Source of the DNA: Camelus ferus
Lineage: Eukaryota
Length of the DNA: 64,000 bases
NCBI RefSeq assembly: GCF_009834535.1
Contig: NC_045705.1
Coordinates: forward strand, 30,876,001 to 30,940,000
Reading direction: 5' to 3'
The notes below the pieces were generated by a model that searched no databases, was not told the origin of the DNA, and was given only the letters and a program-made list of their open reading frames with translations. Position 1 is the stretch's first letter; the number at the start of each line of letters is the position of its first letter. Both the position numbers and the translations under genes were made by a program. Shown here in pieces: positions 1 through 11,610 of the stretch.

Positions 1-208
1 TCGCAAGGACCAGCCACACCTCCTCGCCTTTTAGCATAAAAGAAGCCTGGATTCTAACTTGGGTAACATGGTTCTTTGGAACACTAGTCCACCATCTTCT
101 CAGTCTGCTGGCTTTCCAAATAAAGTTGCTATGTCTTGCCCCAACACTTCGTATCTCAGTTTATTGGCCTGTCACGCAATGAGCAGTATAAACTTGGACT
201 CGGTAACA
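1..208 (+). mobile_element. 3' end of an ERV-type LTR within MYBPC3 intron sequence
   Basis: AGCATAAAA box, AATAAA at ~119-124 and terminal ...GGACTCGGTAACA resemble a laurasiatherian ERV1 LTR 3' end. Family not verified. Confidence 0.6.
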
Positions 209-899
209 AAGACACTGACCATCCCCCATGGACACTCCATTTACGGGGCACATGTGACCTTATATATTACTCCCGAGCTCTGGCTGGTGGGTATCAGGGA
301 AACCCAAGGCTCACAGACTCTCCTGGGTCAGTGAGGATCCTCACCCAGGTTGGTCCGATTCTCAGCCCTGTCACCTATCAATCATCTGCCCTGGCAGGGA
401 TGGCTACAGGGTCCTGCCAGTGCCCTGCTACCCCAAAGCACCTGACTGTGGTGCTCATTCTCCGGGCCACAGAAGCAGCAGTGACCATAATGCAGGGTCC
501 AGGAGAGGAAGGGACAGGACGCAGAGAACACAAGTCAGTTGCACTGGGCTGGGTGGGCAATTCTTTTTTTTTTTTTTTTTTTTTAATGTGGGTGGGCAAT
601 TCTTGAGGGTTTGGGGCCCTCTCCCAGCTCTGGGTCCCCAGAGCCTATTGAGGTGAGCAATCACAGACTCAAGTATAGGGTGGTCAGGGGGACACTGTGA
701 GAATGTTAGTTCACAGGATGTAACCTCTGTGGAATCCTCTGATTCTTCCCAACACCTGGATTGTCCCATATGGCAGACAAGGAAATCAGCTCAGAGAGGT
801 ACAGTGACCTCCTCGGGCCACACAGATGGAAAACCACAGTGCCAGGATTTGAAACAAGACCTTGCCACCTGCTCCAGGAACTGCTTCCCGGGGACTCAC

Positions 900-953
900 C
901 TCTTCCTCAGGAGTGAGCTGAAGTCCAGAGTCCCAGCATCTTCGTGACTGTCA
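900..953 (-). CDS. MYBPC3: MYBPC3 exon 9 (54 nt; DSHEDAGTLDFSSLLRK, M-domain)
   Basis: cag acceptor and gtgagt donor; in frame with exon 8; matches cardiac MyBP-C M-domain. Confidence 0.96.
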
Positions 954-1147
954 CTGTGGAGAGGGACCCCCAGTGAGCCCACAGGAGAGCTGACTAGAAG
1001 GGGCTTGGGAGCTGGGGGTGGGGGGAGGGAAAGTGGCCCTGGGGGAGATGGAGTGAGAAGAAGTGACACCAGCTGGATGGGTGCTCCCCGCCCATCTCAG
1101 ACCCCCCAGGATCTGTGTACAGGTGGGTAGGAGCTGAAAAAGGGTAC

Positions 1148-1177
1148 CTGATCCGCCGACCACCTCCAGCCAGGCTC
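1148..1177 (-). CDS. MYBPC3: MYBPC3 exon 8 (30 nt; cardiac-specific SLAGGGRRIS with PKA site)
   Basis: cag/gt boundaries; LAGGGRRIS is diagnostic of the cardiac isoform. Confidence 0.97.
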
Positions 1178-1470
1178 CTGTGGGGGTTAGACTCATTCCT
1201 CACCTGCCCAAGGTAGTTTGCTCTCTTCCATGCCCATCCACTTCAGCCTGGCCCCCAGCCTTAGTCCCCCACATCACACCCCAGCCCCGACCCTCATATT
1301 ATGCCCCAGCTCTGAACCCTCAATATCACCCCCAGTCCTGGTCCTCCCACATCACCCCTGGTCCTGACCCCCCCTTATTAAACCCCAGCCCTGGCCCCTC
1401 ACATCACTCCGGCCCTGAGCCCAGTACCAGCCTCCCCCAGGCCCTGAGGAGAGACAGCTGCTCTACTCAC

Positions 1471-1519
1471 GTGCGGCGGAAAGCTGATCGGAGGTCCAGG
1501 TCTCCGGGGCCAATGACCT
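1471..1519 (-). CDS. MYBPC3: MYBPC3 exon 7 (49 nt; VIGPGDLDLRSAFRRT)
   Basis: cag/gtgagt boundaries; RRT(S) PKA motif. Confidence 0.96.
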
Positions 1520-2017
1520 CTGGGTTCAAAGAAGGGGATGAGGAAGGGGAGGGGGTTTCAGAAGGGGCCACCTCAGAAGCCCTGCCCTAGGGTCTCCTGG
1601 TGTCACAGATTGCCCATCCATGACCCCTTGACAGCATCTGCCCCAGGATTAGGATCCTACCTTCTGAGCCTTTCCCCGTCAGTGTCGAGGTACCAGGGAC
1701 GTGGGGCAATTTCTGGTCCCCGATCCCTTCAAGAAGGTTCATCTCCCTCCCATCTCTGAACTCACCCTTCACCTGTTCACCTGTGGCAGGAGCCCAGACA
1801 CCAAGGTGACTAAGACCCAACACGAGATCTGGGCTGAAGCCCCACCCCAACCATGGAAGCCTCTGTGGATTTCTTTCACACTCCTGTGTGAGGCATGTGG
1901 TCAGCAATTGTATGGCCAGGGCTCAGCATCCTCCTTAGTGTTGGGAAATGGAGGCAGGTGCAAGGACAGGACCCATGGGGAGCCCAAGACCAGAACAGAT
2001 GCCAGAGGCCCCCTCAC

Positions 2018-2135
2018 CATGGACAGTGAGATTGAAGTTGCAACTGTCAAATTTGTCCTTGGTGGATACCTCACAGCGGTAGCCACCAGCAAATGTGGCC
2101 TGGGCATCTATGATGTGCAGCTCAAACAGATAGAC
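2018..2135 (-). CDS. MYBPC3: MYBPC3 exon 6 (118 nt; end of Ig domain C1)
   Basis: [39 protein letters not shown]; cag/gtgag. Confidence 0.97.
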
Positions 2136-2893
2136 CTGTGGAAGTAAGGTTTCAGGGGAGATCGGGGACCAGAAAACAAGGCCCTTCACCCCTAAAGAAG
2201 ACTGTGGGTGGCCAAGGGCTGCCAACCTTCTTACCCCTACGGCTTAAGTTAATCCATACAGTTTTGTATAATTAGAGAAAGGGGCCCCTTCTTAAGACAC
2301 CTTGACTGCCATCTGCTGGCACAGGGTGGTGAGAAAATATAGATCTGTGGTGATTACAAGGCAAATGGCATTCACTCAAAATAAGGCACTTTTGTTTGGT
2401 GCACAGCCCACACAACTTAACGGCCTTGGCCTGTCCAGAAGCCCCTTTGGCTGGGCCAGAACTGTAGAAGAGTGGGAGGAGCAGAGATGGGGAGTCAGGG
2501 CACAGGTTCTAGTCCTGGCTCTGAGTGACCTCAGACCAGCAACAACCTCTCAAGCTTTGGTTTCCTCATCTGTATGATGAAGAATTCTTCTGGTTGATCA
2601 CTGAGGACCCCTTGAGCTCAAATACCCATGTATCCAGGGGCTTTACCTCCTCACTGGCTGGTGCCCTCCAAGCCTTATCATGCTCCCTTGAGGTTATCAT
2701 GCCCTCCATGCCCCCCTTTTCCCACAGGTCCCCATCACCCTCCTCTGAGCCTCCCCATGCTCCCATGTGCCTCTGGTCCCTCAGCCAGCACCCCAGGCTC
2801 CCCATGACCCTTCTGTGCACCTCCTCTGTGCCGCAAGTCTCATGGTGCCCCCCTGCCTCCCTGTGCCCCCCATGCCTCCCAGGGGCTCCTCTA

Positions 2894-3142
<249 letters not shown>

Positions 3143-3170
3143 TCACCTCAAGCGCAGTGGCCCCACTCAC

Positions 3171-3263
3171 CCACGGTCACCTCGCCATCCTGTGGACGCA
3201 TCACAAAGAGGCCAATGGGGTCCTCAGGGGCACCAGGGCCATCGGGGGTGGCTGAGCTTGACT
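3171..3263 (-). CDS. MYBPC3: MYBPC3 exon 4 (93 nt; end of Pro-Ala linker, start of C1)
   Basis: [30 protein letters not shown]; cag/gtgagt; 6 nt shorter than the human exon as recalled (99 nt). Confidence 0.96.
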
Positions 3264-3342
3264 CTGTGAACAGAGGCCTTTGAGATCTGCCCTGGGACAC
3301 CCCCACCCACTGGTCCCAGACTCCCTGCCCTGCCCCTCTCAC

Positions 3343-3456
3343 CTTCAGGACTTGGGGAGCCTCCTTCCACGTCAGTGGCTGAGGCCAGCGCTTCTCCAGG
3401 GGTTCCAGGAGCCTCAGCAGGGGCGGAAGCAGGGCCTGGCACAGGCTCTGCCTTCT
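3343..3456 (-). CDS. MYBPC3: MYBPC3 exon 3 (114 nt; Pro-Ala linker)
   Basis: [37 protein letters not shown]; cag/gtgag. Confidence 0.95.
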
Positions 3457-4014
3457 CTGGAGGGCATTGGGTCGGGGGTCATGGAGCAGCTTCTAACCAG
3501 AGACCCTTCATCTTGTCCCTGGTCCTTCCCATCTTTGCAGGGTGGCCAAAGGTTCATCCAGCCTGCATCTCACCTCACCCTCACTGGCCGCCAGTGCCCA
3601 CATCGTGGTGGATCGCCCTGAACACCTCTCCTCTCCTTCTCCCAGCTCTGGTCTCAGTCCAGCCTCTCCCCACCAAGGCTGGGCTGGGGCTCCCTCCTTG
3701 CCCACAAGCTCGTGGGGCTTCCCTACCAGCACACACAGCCCACCAAGTTCCCATCGGTGTGTGGGTGTCCAGTGGAAGGGAACGTTATGTCTTATTCATC
3801 TCTGAACTTCCCCCACCTCCACAATGGCTGAAACAGGCCAGGGAGCCACATAGGGACACGTAGACAGGTCTTGCTACAGAAAACAAGAAAAGGCCATTGC
3901 TGGCTGGCTGAGGGCACCACCAAAGTAAAGGCAAGAAAGTGGGAAAACACCTCCTGTACCGTGGGCAATGGAGAGGTGGCGGGGCTACCCCTGACCCCAG
4001 AAGCTCAAACTTCA

Positions 4015-4392
<378 letters not shown>

Positions 4393-5423
4393 TCATTTCA
4401 TACTCTGACTCAGTGAGGTAGGTGTAGTTATTATTCCCATTTCTCAGATGAGGCCTCTGAGGCTCAGAGAAGTTAAGTGACTCACTCAAGGTCACATAGC
4501 CAGTAGGCAGGAGAGCCAAGCCTGTGGTTCTAACCTCAAGAATTTTTAGTGTGTCCCTGGATACCCTACCCTCCCTGCCTGTGGAAGCCCAGCCCCTACT
4601 CCCCCCCTCCGCCATCGACTGGGGCCCTTGGCAAGGGACTGGAACTCTGCCTAACTTGGCTGTGGCTAAATTTGTCCTCTAAGAGCCTCAGGCTGAGAAT
4701 CAGCAATTGAGATAAAGCTGGCCTGGGAGGGGGCTGGGGCTGGGGGCTGATCCTTGCCCTGCATAGTCTTGGTAAGGGCATCGGCCATAACCAGGACTCT
4801 GCACTGTGACTTTCTCTGCCCTTGGCTGAGATTCAAGGGCCTCTTGACCATCCTCCCCCAGAGGAGAGGGGCTGCATTATCTCAGTGTGGGGGCCATGCC
4901 TGCTGTGGGGACCACAAGAGTGCAGCCCGTAAGACAGAGCATCCCACAGCTGGGAGGAACCAACCCAGCCCCTCCTTGTGTAGATGGGGAACCTGAGCGC
5001 CAAAGAGAGGAGACACTTGTCCAAGAGCATTCGGTGAGCTCAGCTCAAGTCTAGAGTCATCCTGGTGTCCCTCCCAAAGGGCAAGCCCAGGCCTAACCTT
5101 GCTGCAAGAGGTGGGGACGGAAGCAGAGAAGGGGTCCCCGTGCATCCTGAGAGTAGAGCGATGGCCCTGGGGGCTTCCTGCTGCCTTGACTCTCTCCCAC
5201 TCTGTGCCCCTGACCCTGGCATGCTCTCACTCTCATCAGAAGGATGGGAAGGAGAAACAGAATCAAAAAAGGACCCAGGAGGACAGTGTCCCCTGTCCTG
5301 GGGCTCAGAGGCCTCGTCCTCAACAACCCACTCAGGAACTCGCTCCTAGGCCAGCCTCCCAGTTGCAGATGCCCCCAGCCCTCCCTGCCCCCCACTCAGC
5401 CCAAACCCCAGGCCTGGAGCTAC

Positions 5424-5448
5424 CTGGCTTCTTCCCCGGCTCAGGCAT
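5424..5448 (-). CDS. MYBPC3: MYBPC3 exon 1 coding part (25 nt; MPEPGKKP)
   Basis: ATG CCT GAG CCG GGG AAG AAG CCA G|gtag; phase 1, joins exon 2 in frame. Confidence 0.97.
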
Positions 5449-5525
5449 CTTGGGAGAGGTCACACCAGGAACCAAGCAGGCACAGGGCCACCCAAACAGG
5501 ATCTGAGTAGGGACTTGTCCCCGCA

Positions 5526-5594
5526 CTATATAACGGGCCACCCCCTCCCCGGCCCTCCTTATCTGCACCCTGCCCAGCCACCTGCTAAATATAG
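5526..5594 (-). promoter_or_regulatory. MYBPC3: MYBPC3 cardiac core promoter: TATA, GATA and MEF2 sites
   Basis: TTATATAG at 5526-5533, AGATAA at 5559-5564 and CTAAATATAG (exact YTAWWWWTAR) at 5585-5594, about 80-145 nt upstream of the ATG. Confidence 0.8.
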
Positions 5595-7159
5595 ACAAAT
5601 TCCAGAGATTGAGGTCTCTCCAGAAGAATGTGGGGCCCCCTCATTCCTGGCTGGCTCCTGTCCCCTCCCCAGCCAGCCCAACGTGATAGCTTCTGACCCC
5701 CAACCCTCCATGAACCTCAGGGGTACCCCAAGGCCTATATGTATGTCTTTCTGATGCAAATTGTGCAGTGGGAGTATGCTGGGGGGGGGGGTCCCCCCCT
5801 AGGCCTGAGGCTGATGAGTCAAACACATCCTTGCCAGGCAGTGGTTACTCACACAGACCTGGGGCTGGGCTGCCCTGAGTCCTGGCACCACCGCTCCCTC
5901 AACCTCAGTGTCTTAATCTCATCTGTCAAGTGGGTGCAGCACCCCCCACACAGGGTTGTTCCACGTACAAAGAGCGTTTACAGATAAGACCACTAGAGCA
6001 GGGTTGGCCATATAGAAAATGCTGAAGAAACGTTTGCTCAAGTTGTCACAGCTCCAGGGCCCCGGGCTGGCCTCATGCGGTGGAACCCTGGGTGGGCTTC
6101 GTCCAGGGCCGGGGAGGACGGAGCAATCCTGGGGGCTGATATCACCCAAGGGGAGGGGCTAGGTGAGCCTGCAGGCGAGCACATGGAGATAAATCTCTAT
6201 ACCCCAAAGCGGGAGATACAGGCAGAGGCAGTGCTTGCTCAAGTCACAAGGACTCATGCAACAATTACTGCCAGAATGTTCTGAATGCCCTCATGCTCCC
6301 CTCACTGTTCCTCTGTGACTTTCTGCCCTCTGTGACTGCTCCCACACTCCCCTCCTGGGTCACATCGGGAACACTGGGTGCTACATAGAAAGCAGCAAAT
6401 TGCACGGTGACCCACTACAAGCAAGACCCAATATACGGGAAGGTCACTCATCCTTCACCGTCAGGAGAGAGGAATTCTGTACACAAGCCTTGTTCACGTG
6501 GTCAAAACTTACCATCCCTTTTAACACCGAAATCCATTTCTTTTCTGCCATTTTAACTGCTTTTAAACTGCACTTCAAGCTCCTGGGCCTTCATTAAAGG
6601 GGACTGAGCAACACTTTCCTTTTCTCAGGGCCCTGAGACCTGTGTAGAGGGAGGTCATGGTTGGGCCTCCCCAGACCAAACTCTCGGGGCGAGGAGGTGT
6701 GTGGGAGGTCTGCCCCAGAATCTGGCTTCTCTGCCGCCTGAGGCTGCTGAGGAAAGTTTCCTCACTCCCAGGCCGGCAGCCGCCCCTTCTCATGCTGTTG
6801 GAAGCAGGAAACTTACAGACTTTCCTGCTCTTCTTTTTCTGTCTCTTCCCTGTATGGGCCAGAAGTCAGAGCGAGCGACCAGACACCGGGCTGCACGGGC
6901 GGGGTTCACCTGTGTCAGGGTCCAGCCAACATGGATTCAGTGAGGATGCTTTGCGGCTTCACTCCTGCTCCTGACTGAGCCGCACGATACCCACTTCCAG
7001 ACGCATGAAGCCTCCCACCACACGCTGACGTGGCAGCCCACGTTGGGTGGGATCCGGCCCACCCCTTACTTGCTGTGTGATCTTGGACAAATCAGTTGAC
7101 CTCTGTGAGGCTCAGTTTCCCAGTCAATAAAATGGGATGATATTAGGCACACTTTCTTT

Positions 7160-7282
7160 CTTTTTTTTAACATTTTTTATTGAGTTATAGTCATTTTACA
7201 ATGTTGTGTAGAATTCCTGGGTAAAGCACAATTTTTCAGTTATACGTGAACATACATATATTTACTGTCACCTTTTTTTTTT
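7160..7282 (-). mobile_element. Short L1 3'-end fragment between SPI1 and MYBPC3
   Basis: T-rich tail followed by TTTTTTATTGAGTTATAGTC...TTACAATGTTGTG; supplies an AATAAA on the - strand at 7176-7181. Confidence 0.65.
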
Positions 7283-7711
7283 GCTGAGAGTTAGATGCAC
7301 TTCTTAAGGCTGACATGTAATAAATGGCCATATAATCCAGTGCTGTTGCCATTATTACTGCCATCATCATCCCTGGGGCCATGACCTAAAGGTATGAGTT
7401 TAACCCTCACTGAGGCAATTAAAAACAACATTTATCAGGTGCAGAGGTCTTTTGAAAGATTTATTTCTCTAAGAACAACTGAGGACTGGTTCTTTCTGCT
7501 GGCTCTGACTCCTGGTCAGGCACTGTGTGTCATCTGTCCTTATGTCCCCAGCGTCCAGCATTGGGTTGGATCCTCAGTAAATGAGAAACTTCCGATAGAC
7601 AAATGAGAAAAACAGAGAGCTGGTGGGGGTGGGTGGGTCGGGGGGTGGGCAGACAAGGTGCACAACACATTTAAAAGAGACTGTGCTGCAAGATGACTCA
7701 CTGAAAATAAC

Positions 7712-7717
7712 TTTAAT
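7712..7717 (-). terminator. SPI1: Probable SPI1 polyadenylation signal (ATTAAA)
   Basis: About 370 nt after the stop; context TTAAAGTTATTTTCA resembles the human SPI1 mRNA 3' end as recalled. Confidence 0.6.
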
Positions 7718-8035
7718 AATAGTTTCTTTAGGAAGCAGAGGGGGGCGAGGTGTAGGGATGGGAGAGATGCCAAAGAGGAGGGTTCAATTTACACAGATTT
7801 GATGACTTCGAACTCCCAAGGAAGTACCCCTGGTTGTACTAAGCCCGCTGACCCTTTGCTGGGGCCAGACGCCCAGGAGGCCTGGAGCCAGGGCTGGAGT
7901 CCTGGTGGGAGGCGAAGCAGGGTGTGGGCAGGGGGCTTGGAGAAGGGGGTGGGCGGGGAGGCAAGGCCTGGCCCGCCACAGTCCTGCCCCTGGCCCCTGG
8001 GAACTGCCCCCGCTGTGTCCGGGCCAGGCGAGGGG

Positions 8036-8043
8036 TTAATGCT
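8036..8043 (-). promoter_or_regulatory. SPI1: miR-155 8-mer target site in SPI1 3' UTR
   Basis: AGCATTAA on the sense strand, ~50 nt after the stop; miR-155 regulation of PU.1 is established in mouse and human. Confidence 0.8.
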
Positions 8044-8090
8044 ATGGCCAGCGGGGAGGCCTGGCGGGCCCGGCGGGCTCGGGCCTGGGC

Positions 8091-8410
8091 TCAGTGGGGC
8101 GGGTGGCGCCGCTCGGCCAGGCTCCCGCGGNNNNNNNNNNNNNNNNNNNNNNNNNNNNNNNNNNNNNNNNNNNNNNNNNNNNNNNNNNNNNNNNNNNNNN
8201 NNNNNNNNNNNNNNNNNNNNNNNNNNNNNNNNNNNNNNNNNNNNNNNNNNNNNNNNNNNNNNNNNNNNNNNNNNNNNNNNNNNNNNNNNNNNNNNNNNNN
8301 NNNNNNNNNNNNNNNNNNNNNNNNNNNNNNNNNNNNNNNNNNNNNNNNNNNNNNNNNNNNNNNNNNNNNNNNNNNNNNNNNNNNNNNNNNNNNNNNNNNN
8401 NNNNNNNNNN
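8091..8410 (-). CDS. SPI1: SPI1 exon 5 (ETS domain); only the last 40 nt are sequenced
   Basis: 8091-8130 encodes RGSLAERRHPPH-stop, the PU.1 C-terminus. The 8410 boundary is inferred from a 320-nt orthologous coding exon and lies within the N gap. Confidence 0.85.
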
Positions 8411-8430
8411 NNNNNNNNNNNNNNNNNNNN
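8131..8430. other. Assembly gap (300 N)
   Basis: Run of N. Confidence 1.
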
Positions 8431-8620
8431 CGCCCGCTTGGGGACCCTCCTGCCTCCCCCGACCTGGGACCCCGGGTGTGCTTGCCGGTGGGTGGACTAC
8501 GCCTGGTGCTCACTCCCCTCCCACTGCCACGCCGGCCACAGCACATGTGCTCAGACACGCACGCAGGGACAGACGGTCACAGATGCCCCCAAGAAAAACA
8601 CGTGAAGACACACTGGCAGA

Positions 8621-8624
<4 letters not shown>

Positions 8625-8663
<39 letters not shown>
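8625..8663. repeat. (CA)19 microsatellite in SPI1 intron 4
   Basis: Perfect CA run. Confidence 0.98.
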
Positions 8664-8665
<2 letters not shown>

Positions 8666-8768
8666 AGCACTGTTCCATGACTGCCAAATCCGTCAGCCTT
8701 GGCCGGGGTGGGCACGGGGCGGCCGTGAGGCCAGGGGGCTGGGTCGGGGCTGGGGCTGGGCTCCCTAC

Positions 8769-8931
8769 CTGGCTCCCCATGCAGGAGGCCAGGCCCTGGC
8801 TCCAGGCCGTCAGCCTCCCCGTCAGACACCTCCAGTGGGGGGCTCTGCCGCTCACCCTCCTCCTCATCTGAGCTGGGCTGGGCCGGGGACAGGGAGGGGT
8901 ACGGGAGGCACATCCGGGGTAGGTAGGAGAC
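8769..8931 (-). CDS. SPI1: SPI1 exon 4 (163 nt; PEST region)
   Basis: VSYLPRMCLPYPSLSPAQPSSDEEEGERQSPPLEVSDGEADGLEPGPGLLHGEP; cag/gtag. Confidence 0.98.
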
Positions 8932-9604
8932 CTGGCAGAAGGAAGCTTGAGGTCAGTGAGGGACAGTTCAATGCTCAGGGTGGCCAGGTAGGAGTTGGCT
9001 GGGTGAGAGGACAGGGTGCTGAGGTGGGGAGGCCAGGGAGAGGCAGAAGGATTTGGGAGAAAGCTGGGTTGGGAGGTTGGGCAGGGTCACCACACACAGG
9101 ATGCAGGTTGTGGGGACCAAGGGCTCCTAAAACGCCACCCATCCCCCTAGTATCAGAGCTGGGCAGCCTGGGGAAGGGGTGCCTTTCTCATATGCATAAA
9201 GGGGCCATACAGATGGACTGGTAGCAACCCTGGGGTGAGGAGGCCCTGTGGGGCAGGGCACCTGCATGAATGGGGTTTAGTAAGTGGGTGACAACTGTGT
9301 GCGGGGGCAGTGGAGGTCAGCGGAGGTGGGTATAGGAGGTCACTGATTGGGATTAGGGTTGGCAGGGCTGAGCAGTTAGTAAAAGGGTCAGTGGGGAGAG
9401 GGAGGGGCCAGTAGAGGTAGGGCTCAGTGACTTGGATGCCAGATCCAGGAGGGGCCAGTGACAGGGGGAGAGAGGAGGGTGCAACCCACGGGGCTCAGGA
9501 GGGCCTGCAATGAGGCCGTTGGGCTCGGGAGGATCAGTGAGGGGGTGGGAATGATCTGGGCTCTGTCCATGGTGGGGCGACAGGAGATAAGGGGTATGGG
9601 GTCA

Positions 9605-10249
<645 letters not shown>

Positions 10250-11369
10250 TCAGGTCTAAGGCAAAGCCTTCATCCTCAACAACTATTCTATCCTGCCTCC
10301 CATGTGATCACAAGGACGCAGACTTTGGAGCCAGAGTCTGAATCCTGGCTCTGCCATTCACTTTCTGTGTGACCTCAGGCACAGTCATGGACCCCTCTGG
10401 CCTCAGTTGACTCACCTGTAAAATGGGGATACTAGTCACCAAGAGGAAACTGAGCGTTCATGTTTGTAAAACCTCCTAGCCCTGGAGTAGGCCCTTGGGG
10501 AATGCTGAGTCCCCTCTCCTCCCCTTAAGATGTAGCAGAGGTTCCTAGGCTGACTGGCTGCCCACAGTCACAGCGCACAGCCTCGTCACCTAGCCAAGTT
10601 GTGACAGCAAAGCCACAGGGCTGACACCTCATGCACCAGAACTTGTCCAGGCCCCTGGTGCTACCCTTTCAAAGCCAGGTCCTCAAGCAGTGGCACCTGT
10701 GTTCCAGCGAGGTTGCCAGGACCCGAGGCTTTCCTGGAAACTCCCTCGTGGGTGATTTCAGAGTCTGCGGTGGGGTGGATTCAAGTTTGGGGAACAACTA
10801 CATGCCTCTGGGAGCCCTGTCTGGGACGGGAGCCAGTCTTCAACATGATTTCTCTGAGCACTTTTTCTAGGAACAAAAACTACCACATGTCTGAGGACTT
10901 CCTGGGTACAATTTTGGGTCCAAGAGAAGATGTGGTGATACAGTGACAAGAAGGGTTTTCTCATGCGACCCAGAGAGGGAGTGTTCAGGATGCTGGGCCA
11001 GGGCAGTGTCTCCAGGACAAGCATATGGTCCCACAGAGGGACCATCACCAGCTTCGTGTTTGTGTGTGTGTGTCTGTCCGTCTGTCTCCCTCTTCCTCTC
11101 TCGCAAACACGTACTCACACATCCCGAAGAAATGACATCAGTAATTTTTGGCTCTGCACTTGTTATCAGAAGCTCGCTTTCTATTCCTGCTCTGTGGTGG
11201 CTTCGCCGTGTGACCCTGGACAAGACATTTTATCTCCCTGAGCCTCTGATTCCTCACTGTTGAAGTCAGAGATCCAACTGGGTAGTTACTGAGTCCTGTT
11301 GACATGCGGAATCATTTAACCTGCAACCCAGACTCCCACCTCCATGAGGCCCATGGGGAGAGAAAGTAC

Positions 11370-11610
11370 TTGCTTTGGGAGTCGGGCAGAGCTGGGTTTG
11401 AATCCCTGGCTCTGCCACTTACCCCTATGTGACATAGGGCAGGTCAGTCTACTTCGCTAAGCCTGCTATCTCACTGTAAGATGGGGCAAGTAATTATACC
11501 TGTCTCATAGACCTCTTGTGAGGAGTAAATGAGCTAATGCCTGCAAAGGGCTTAGACTAGAACCTGGCCCAAAGTAAGACTCAATAAACATTAACTATTG
11601 TCATCATTAT
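11370..11610 (+). mobile_element. MIR SINE, near full length
   Basis: GCTTTGGGAGTC...CTGGGTTTGAATCC...CTGTAAGATGGGG...CTCAATAAACATTAACTATTG follows the MIR consensus order. Other MIR fragments lie at roughly 4385-4545, 10310-10500, 13010-13260, 18180-18340, 37890-38070, 42110-42260 and 47720-47880. Confidence 0.85.

Noticed and set aside
305-325. ag-TCT-gtgag (315-317) and similar (665-667, 809-811) as MYBPC3 micro-exon 10
   Set aside because: No polypyrimidine tract, and they would not encode the expected Arg-Asp.
5781-5799. G11-T-C7 hairpin or G4-like tract in the MYBPC3 promoter
   Set aside because: Homopolymer runs are error-prone and common; no further support.
7799-9224. Long ORFs of 268-376 aa around 7.8-9.2 kb, and similar ones at 14.5, 34.6 and 43.8-44.9 kb
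   Set aside because: They are inflated by N runs and GC-rich stop-poor sequence, and overlap SPI1 UTR/introns or promoters in non-coding frames.
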